Assembly (NCBI GenBank): GCA_963814375.1
Contig: CAWFCQ010000002.1
Coordinates: forward strand, 96,001-160,000
DNA length: 64,000 nucleotides
Origin: an uncultured Chloroflexia bacterium
GTDB taxonomy: Bacteria; Chloroflexota; Limnocylindria; QHBO01
Reading direction: 5' to 3'
The position numbers were made by a program, and so were the translations under genes. Of this stretch, positions 57,902 through 64,000 are shown piece by piece; the first letter of the stretch is position 1; the number at the start of each line of letters is the position of its first letter. The notes under the pieces were generated by a model. That model did not search any database. It saw nothing but the letters and a program-made list of their open reading frames with translations, and was not told the origin of the DNA.

Positions 57902-59566
57902 ATGGCGACGCGCACCGCCGAGCCCGCGACCACGCCCGCAGTCGAGCCGGGCGCTGCGGATCGCGGCTCGAAGCAGGGAGACGACCGCGCACCCCGCGTT
58001 GCGGTTGCGCCGCCGGCCCAGCCCAACCCGCTGCGGGAAGGCCTCCGCCACGAGCGGATGGCGGAACCCTGCACCATGGTCATCTGCGGGGCCACCGGTG
58101 ACCTGACCGAGCGCAAGCTGGCGCCGGCGCTCTACAACACCCTGCTGGGCGGATTCCTCCCGCCGGAGTTCACCGTCGTCGGCTTCGCACGCCGCGAGCT
58201 GAGCGACGAGCAGTTCCGCGACCACCTGCTGGGAGGGATCAACAAGTACAGCCGAAACCGTCCGGTCAAGGAGGCGATCTGGGAGTCGATGGCCGGCGCC
58301 ATCGAGTACCACCGCGGCGACTTCAACGATCCCGCCGCCTATGCCGAGCTCGCGAAGCGTCTCGATCGAATCGACCGCGATCGCGGCACCGCCGGAAACC
58401 GCCTCTTCTACCTGGCCGTGCCGCCCAGCCTCTACCCGGAGATCGTGAACCAGCTCGAGCGCGCGGGCCTCGCCGCCCGCGGCGATCAGCGCCGCAGCGG
58501 GTCGAAGCGTGGCTGGACCCGCGTCATCGTCGAGAAGCCGTTCGGGTACGACCTCGAGAGCGCGCAGACGCTCAACCGCGAGATCGCCGAGGTCTTCGAC
58601 GAGGACCAGGTCTATCGGATCGACCACTACCTCGGCAAGGAGACGGTCCAGAACCTGTCCGTCTTCCGCTTCGGCAACGGCCTGTTCGAGCCGATCTGGA
58701 ACCGTCGCTACATCGACTCGGTCCAGATCACCGTGGCCGAGACGGTCGGGGTGGAGGGCCGCGGCGAGTTCTACGACGAGATCGGCGCCCTGCGGGACAT
58801 CGTGCAGAACCACGGGCTCCAGCTCCTAGCCATGTTCGCGATGGAGCCGCCGGTCGAGTTCCGAGCCGAGGACCTGCGCGACGAGAAGCTCAAGGTGCTC
58901 CGAGCCGTCAAGCCGATGGCCGCCGAGGACGTGGCTGCCAACACGGTCCGCGGCCAATACGTTTCCGGCTGGGTCGAGGGAGAGCGGATCACTTCGTACC
59001 GGGATGCGCCGGAGGTGCCACCGGCCTCGGAGACGGAGACGTTCGTCGCCCTCAAGCTGGCGATCGACTCCTGGCGGTGGGCGGGAGTCCCGTTCTACGT
59101 GCGCACCGGCAAGGCGCTGCCGAGCCGCGTCACCGAGATCGCGGTCCAGTTCCGCAGAGCGCCGCTCGCGCTCTTCTCGCGCGCCGGGGTCAGCCAGGTC
59201 GACCCGAACGTCCTCGCCATCCGCGTACAGCCGGACGAGGGCATCCTCCTGCGCTTCGGCGCCAAAGTGCCGGGCCAGGGCCTCCAGATTCGGACGGTGA
59301 ACATGGACTTCCGGTATGGATCGTCCTTCGCGGTCGACTCGCCCGATGCCTACGAGACGCTTCTCCTCGACGCGATGGTCGGAGACGCCAGCCTCTTCAC
59401 TCGAAGCGACGAGGTGGAGCGGGCGTGGTCGATCCTCGATCCGATCCTCCGCACCTGGGCGTCGGGGGAGGGAGGACCTCTCCATTTCTACGGGGCCGGC
59501 ACGTGGGGCCCGCCCGCAGCCGACGAGCTGCTCGAGCGGGACGGGCGCGCCTGGCGCAAGCCGTGA
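57902..59566 (+). CDS. zwf: Glucose-6-phosphate 1-dehydrogenase
   Basis: GATGDL, EKPFG, RIDHYLGKE, DIVQNH, GVPFYVRTGK. Confidence 0.95.
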   Translation: MATRTAEPATTPAVEPGAADRGSKQGDDRAPRVAVAPPAQPNPLREGLRHERMAEPCTMVICGATGDLTERKLAPALYNTLLGGFLPPEFTVVGFARRELSDEQFRDHLLGGINKYSRNRPVKEAIWESMAGAIEYHRGDFNDPAAYAELAKRLDRIDRDRGTAGNRLFYLAVPPSLYPEIVNQLERAGLAARGDQRRSGSKRGWTRVIVEKPFGYDLESAQTLNREIAEVFDEDQVYRIDHYLGKETVQNLSVFRFGNGLFEPIWNRRYIDSVQITVAETVGVEGRGEFYDEIGALRDIVQNHGLQLLAMFAMEPPVEFRAEDLRDEKLKVLRAVKPMAAEDVAANTVRGQYVSGWVEGERITSYRDAPEVPPASETETFVALKLAIDSWRWAGVPFYVRTGKALPSRVTEIAVQFRRAPLALFSRAGVSQVDPNVLAIRVQPDEGILLRFGAKVPGQGLQIRTVNMDFRYGSSFAVDSPDAYETLLLDAMVGDASLFTRSDEVERAWSILDPILRTWASGEGGPLHFYGAGTWGPPAADELLERDGRAWRKP

Positions 59567-60834
59567 CCGAGCACGTGCCGAGCACGATGGAGGAGCAGGC
59601 GGTTCATCGGCGCCTCATGCGCTTCGGTGAGCACGCGAGCCTCGCCACCCCGATGTGGGAGGACCGTGACACGAGCGTCGGCGCGGTTGCGGCGCACCTC
59701 GCCTCGCTGTGGGATGCACAGGATGCCGGCGAGGACGGCGATCGGCTGGTGACCGAGAAGGGCCTGCCCCACGCACGCGCCTCGGTCCTCAACCTGATCG
59801 TCAGCGTCGTGGACGACGCGGCCGCGGGCCGGGTCGTCCACACCCTGCTCGGCCTGGGCGTGCGCCATCCTTCCCGCGCCATCGTCCTGGTACCCGAGCC
59901 GGCGGCCGCCGGGGCGCCGCTCGACGCGCGCATCAGCACCCACTGCAACGAGGCTTCCGAGGACGGCGAGCGGGTCTGCTACGAGGAGGTCGTGCTGACC
60001 GTTCGCGGAGAGGCCGCCCATCACCTCGCCGGGATCGTGTCGCCGGTGCTGATCCACGATCTGCCGACGCACGTCTGGTGGCCGGGTGACCCACCCTTCC
60101 ACGACCCGGTGTTCGACCAGCTGGTGGAGCTCGGTGACCGGGTGCTCTTCGACTCGGCCGACTTCGCGGACCTGCTGGGCGGCCTGAGGCGCCTCGGCAG
60201 CCTGCGCCGTTCCAGTGGCGTGGGTGACATCAGCTGGGAGCGCCTCTCGTGGTGGCAGGAGCTGACCGCCCAGTTCTTCGATGCGCCACGCTTCCGACGC
60301 TACCTGCCGAACCTCAGCCGGCTGCGGATCCGCTACGCGGTCGAGGCGGCGGGGACCGGCGCGCCACCGGACCACGACGTCGTGCCCGGCGTCTCCTCGC
60401 CGATGGCCCAGGCCCTCCTGTATGCCGGCTGGATCGCGACACGGCTCGGTTGGCGACGGCATGCCACCATCGAGCCACTCGCGCGCGGGGCGTTTCGGCT
60501 GCGCCTCGAGGGCAGGCACGAGATGGTCGAGCTGCTGATCGAGCCGGAGGAGACGGCCGCAGTGCGCCCCGGAGAGCTGCTCTCGGTTCGCCTGCGGTCG
60601 CTGGGCGAGACCGGTGCCGCCGAGTTCATCATCGACCGCGACGGTGACGACGCGATGGTCGCCACCAACGCCGACGGCATGACCGCCCTGCTCCGGCGCG
60701 TGGCGATGGAGGCGCCCGACGAGGCGGAGCTGCTCAGCTCGCAGCTGACGATGGACGTCGTCGACCCGGTGTACGAGGCGGCCCTGCGAGCCGGCGCCAT
60801 CCTGCTGGCCTCTGCGCGGGAGCCGGCCACGTGA
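59563..60834 (+). CDS. opcA: G6PDH assembly protein OpcA
   Basis: RASVLNL, HPSRAI, DLP..VWWPG, D..W.RL..W; located between zwf and pgl. Confidence 0.85.
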   Translation: MTEHVPSTMEEQAVHRRLMRFGEHASLATPMWEDRDTSVGAVAAHLASLWDAQDAGEDGDRLVTEKGLPHARASVLNLIVSVVDDAAAGRVVHTLLGLGVRHPSRAIVLVPEPAAAGAPLDARISTHCNEASEDGERVCYEEVVLTVRGEAAHHLAGIVSPVLIHDLPTHVWWPGDPPFHDPVFDQLVELGDRVLFDSADFADLLGGLRRLGSLRRSSGVGDISWERLSWWQELTAQFFDAPRFRRYLPNLSRLRIRYAVEAAGTGAPPDHDVVPGVSSPMAQALLYAGWIATRLGWRRHATIEPLARGAFRLRLEGRHEMVELLIEPEETAAVRPGELLSVRLRSLGETGAAEFIIDRDGDDAMVATNADGMTALLRRVAMEAPDEAELLSSQLTMDVVDPVYEAALRAGAILLASAREPAT

Positions 60835-61559
60835 CGGACTTCACCGTCGTCCCGAACGCGGCCGATGTGTGCCGGACGACTGCCGACCGCTTCGTCGAGG
60901 CGGCGAACGAGGCGATCGAGGAGCGCGGAATCTTCCGCGTCGCCCTCTCCGGCGGCAGCACCCCGAAGCAGGTCTACCCGCTGCTCCTCGAGCCGAAGCG
61001 GCGGGACGCGATCGACTGGAGCTCGGTGGAGTTCTTCTGGGGCGATGAGCGCGCCGTCCCGCCGGACCATCCCGAGTCCAACTTCGGCACGGCCTACGGG
61101 CTCCTCATCGCGCACCTGCCGGAGGTGCGCCCGGATCGGGTCCACCGGATGCCGGCGGAGGCGGAGGATCTCGACGCTGCCGCGCTGAGCTACGAGAGCG
61201 AGGTCCGTCTTGCATTCGGCGCGCGAGGTGACGAACCGCCCGCGTTCGACCTGATCTGCCTCGGCATGGGGCCGGACGGCCATACCGCCAGCCTCTTCCC
61301 GGGCTCGACCGCGGTGCGCGAGGGTGCGCGCTGGGTGGTCGCCACCTGGGCGCCCGCGCTCGACACCTGGCGCATGACGTTCACCTTCCCCCTGATCGCC
61401 GCCGCCCGCCGGGTCATCTTCAGCGTGATGGGGTCGAACAAGGCCGATGCGCTGTCCGCCATTCGCCAGGGTCCGTCAGATCTGCCGGCCGCACGGGTGC
61501 GCGCCGAGCGGGTCGGGTGGATCGTCGACGCTGCAGCCGCTGGCGAGCAAGCCGCCTGA
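60831..61559 (+). CDS. pgl: 6-phosphogluconolactonase
   Basis: ALSGGSTP, WGDERAVPP..SN, LGMGPDGHTASLFP. Confidence 0.93.
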   Translation: MTDFTVVPNAADVCRTTADRFVEAANEAIEERGIFRVALSGGSTPKQVYPLLLEPKRRDAIDWSSVEFFWGDERAVPPDHPESNFGTAYGLLIAHLPEVRPDRVHRMPAEAEDLDAAALSYESEVRLAFGARGDEPPAFDLICLGMGPDGHTASLFPGSTAVREGARWVVATWAPALDTWRMTFTFPLIAAARRVIFSVMGSNKADALSAIRQGPSDLPAARVRAERVGWIVDAAAAGEQAA

Positions 61560-61561
61560 CG

Positions 61562-61825
61562 ATGCCCGCGATCGCCTGGCTGCTGGCCGCCCTCGCGAGC
61601 GGGGCCGCCGCGTACCTCGTCGGCTGGCCGGCATGGCGGTCCTATCGCTCCCGCGATGCGGTCGACTCGAACAGCGAGCGTTATCTCGCCTGGCGCGGGC
61701 GCGCATCGCATGAGCCGCGTCCCCGGGAGGGGATGACCGGCGAGGAGCGCCGGCGCGTCTACGCCGGTGTCGTGCTGGGCATCGCCGCGGCCGCCGCGCT
61801 CATCGCGTTCTTCGCAACCAGCTGA
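61562..61825 (+). CDS. Small two-TM hypothetical protein
   Basis: 87 aa, hydrophobic ends, tightly packed between neighbours. Confidence 0.65.
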   Translation: MPAIAWLLAALASGAAAYLVGWPAWRSYRSRDAVDSNSERYLAWRGRASHEPRPREGMTGEERRRVYAGVVLGIAAAAALIAFFATS

Positions 61826-61828
61826 CCG

Positions 61829-62146
61829 ATGCGCGTGGAGCTGCTGTACGCCGACGGCGACCCCGCGGCGATGCCCGCCCGCCAGAACCTGGTGGAGGTC
61901 CTGACCGAGGACGCCTTCGAGACCCCGATCCAGATGATCGCGGTGGGATCGGCGGAGGACGCCGCATTCCTCGAGATGCGGGGTTCGCCGTCGATTCGCA
62001 TCGACGGGATCGATCTCGACCCCGCCTCGGCCGGAGACATCGGGCTTGCGCCGCGCGACTACGGCGGCGGCCCCGTCCCCGACAAGCAGCTCATTCGGCG
62101 GGCGGTGGAACGCGCTCGGGGCTGGGGGCACGGCCGGTCCGCGTGA
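61829..62146 (+). CDS. Thioredoxin-like small protein (DUF2703/DF-family-like) lacking cysteines
   Basis: MRVELLYADGDP..RGSPSIRIDG.D..GLAPRDY..G.VP. Confidence 0.65.
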   Translation: MRVELLYADGDPAAMPARQNLVEVLTEDAFETPIQMIAVGSAEDAAFLEMRGSPSIRIDGIDLDPASAGDIGLAPRDYGGGPVPDKQLIRRAVERARGWGHGRSA

Positions 62147-62196
62147 GCCGCCGGCGGGTTTCGGACCGGGGAGCTGCGCGATACCATCGGTGAGCA

Positions 62197-63399
62197 ATGT
62201 CGCCCGATCCTGACTTCCTCCCATTCGCCCGCCCCTCGATCACCGATGCAGAACGGCACGCCGTCATCGAGGCGCTCGACTCCGGCTGGTTGTCGACCGG
62301 CCCGAGAACCCGTGCCTTCGAGGCCGCCTTCGCCGAGGTCGTCGGCATGCCGCACGCGGTCGCGCTCAACTCGGCCACAGCTGGCCTGCACCTCGCCCTC
62401 GAGGCGCTCGGGATCGGTCCCGGTGACGAGGTGATCGTGCCGACATGGACCTTCGCGTCGACCGCCAACGTCGTCACCTATCTCGGGGCAACGCCGGTCC
62501 TGGTTGACGTCGAGGCCGAGACGCTCAATGCGTCGGTCGATGGGATCCTCGATTCGCTGACACCGCGATCGAAGGCTGTCATGGCCGTCCACTTCTCGGG
62601 GAGGCCGCTGGCCATCGAGACGCTGGTCGAGAAGCTCGACGCGCGCGGCATTGCGGTCGTCGAGGACGCGGCGCACAGCTTCCCGAGCCGTATCGGCGGC
62701 GACCCGGCCCGGATGGCGGGAACCATCGGTCGCATCGGGGTCTACTCGTTCTATGCGACGAAGACGATCACGACCGGAGAGGGAGGGATGCTCGTGACGC
62801 GCGACGAGGAGCTTGCCGACCGCGCGCGCCAGATGTCGCTGCATGGCATCAGCCGCAGCGCGTGGAACCGCTATACGTCGTCGGGCACGTGGTACTACGA
62901 GATCGAGGCGGCGGGCTTCAAGTACAACATGACCGATCTCGCTGCTGCGATCGGGATGGTGCAGCTCGGTCGCGCCAATGAGCTGCTCGAGGCGAGGCGC
63001 GCACTCGCGCGCGAGTACGCGGCAGCCTTCGCCACCTCGGGCCTCGCCGAGCTCATCGAGCTCCCCGCCGATGAGCCCGATGGCTCACATGCGTGGCACC
63101 TCTACGTCGTCCGGCTGAACCTCGAGCGGCTGGCGATCGACCGCGGCGAGGTGATGCGCCAGCTGCAGGAGGCCGGCATCGGCGCGAGCGTCCACTTCAT
63201 CCCATTGCATCGGCACCCGTACCACCGCGACACCTGGGGCGCCCGTGACGAGTCATTCCCCGTGGCGGAGCGCGAGTACCAGCGCGTCATGTCCCTGCCG
63301 ATCTGGCCGGGGATGACGACCGATGACGTGCAGCGCGTGGTCGCCGCGCTGGGGGACATCCTCTCGCGCGGCGTCGCGCCGGCCGCGGCGAGCGCCTAG
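62197..63399 (+). CDS. DegT/DnrJ/EryC1/StrS sugar aminotransferase
   Basis: SGWLSTGP, NSATAGLH, VEDAAH, SFYATKTITTGEGGM, GFKYNM. Confidence 0.93.
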   Translation: MSPDPDFLPFARPSITDAERHAVIEALDSGWLSTGPRTRAFEAAFAEVVGMPHAVALNSATAGLHLALEALGIGPGDEVIVPTWTFASTANVVTYLGATPVLVDVEAETLNASVDGILDSLTPRSKAVMAVHFSGRPLAIETLVEKLDARGIAVVEDAAHSFPSRIGGDPARMAGTIGRIGVYSFYATKTITTGEGGMLVTRDEELADRARQMSLHGISRSAWNRYTSSGTWYYEIEAAGFKYNMTDLAAAIGMVQLGRANELLEARRALAREYAAAFATSGLAELIELPADEPDGSHAWHLYVVRLNLERLAIDRGEVMRQLQEAGIGASVHFIPLHRHPYHRDTWGARDESFPVAEREYQRVMSLPIWPGMTTDDVQRVVAALGDILSRGVAPAAASA

Positions 63400-64000
63400 C
63401 CGGCGAGCTGGGCGCCCGGCTCGGCCAGCTCGGCCGGGGCGATTCCGGGGAGCTCCCCGGCCGGCGCATACGCGGGGCGCCGCTCGGCCACCGCGCGCAG
63501 CTCCGTGGCGATGCCCTGCCGCATCGTCAGCAGGTTGCTGTGCCGCGGGTCGCGGTAGTCCGCGACGATGCCGTCGCGGATGGCGGCATGCACCTCGGCG
63601 ATGCCGTCATCGAGATCGCGCAGCGGCCTGAAGCCGAGCGTCTGGCGGAGGCGATTGAACGAGACGCGGTAGTTGCGGTGGTCGTCGATCGGCTCGATCG
63701 TCAGCTCGGCATCCGGCACCTGCGACTGCACCATGTCGGCAATCTGCCCGACCGTGTAGTTCTGCTCGTCGGAGCCGACGTTGAAGGTCCTTCCCGCGAC
63801 AAGCTCCGCGGGCGCCTCGAGGCAGATGGCCATCACGTCGGCGACGTCAGCGACGTGGATGAAGGGCCGCCACTGGTCACCGCCGTGCACCGCGATGTGG
63901 CGATCGACGAGGCCGCGCGCGGCGAACAGGTTGACCACCAGATCGAAGCGCGGCCGCGGAGAGATGCCGTAGACCGTGGCGAGGCGGAGGACGACCGTCT
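63396..64000 (-). CDS. NAD-dependent epimerase/dehydratase, C-terminal part, runs off the window end
   Basis: LRLATVYGISPRPRFDLVVN, GGDQWRPFIHVADV, FNVG. Confidence 0.85.
   Translation of the reverse strand, partial: TVVLRLATVYGISPRPRFDLVVNLFAARGLVDRHIAVHGGDQWRPFIHVADVADVMAICLEAPAELVAGRTFNVGSDEQNYTVGQIADMVQSQVPDAELTIEPIDDHRNYRVSFNRLRQTLGFRPLRDLDDGIAEVHAAIRDGIVADYRDPRHSNLLTMRQGIATELRAVAERRPAYAPAGELPGIAPAELAEPGAQLAG

Overview
High-GC (about 70% by eye) bacterial chromosomal segment, almost fully coding. I saw no rRNA, tRNA, CRISPR array, transposase, integrase or phage genes. Gene content (DUF4342, CxxC-x17-CxxC zinc ribbon, LuxR-VOC fusion, Ser/Ala/Pro-linker SH3 proteins, actinobacterial-type GlgA, LigC, Prim-PolC and OpcA) suggests a high-GC monoderm such as Chloroflexota (Limnocylindria-like) or a deep actinobacterium; this is inference only. 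Main blocks: GH15, peptidase and esterase; an ABC exporter; YHS and copA with a CsoR-type operator; glgA; a LuxR-VOC fusion with a second ABC exporter; a roughly 10 kb hypoxia/NO island (14.9-25.0 kb) with a DosS/DosR-like pair, NirK, a cupredoxin-fused two-domain multicopper oxidase, CBS, cupin, CoA-transferase, GNAT and DoxX, whose promoters carry paired DosR-like palindromes; Lhr; an ECF sigma with SH3 proteins behind a DnaA-box cluster; a polar amino acid ABC importer; a DUF62 SAM hydrolase; a beta-CASP nuclease; LigC and Prim-PolC; an M23 peptidase; glgP; an HTH/coiled-coil/acidic protein; a candidate structured ncRNA before pncA; the tkt-tal-pgi-gnd-zwf-opcA-pgl operon; DegT and an epimerase. 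At least seven single-base frameshifts in otherwise intact genes look like long-read assembly errors. Many genes appear to be leaderless. All calls come from reading motifs by eye; no searches were run.
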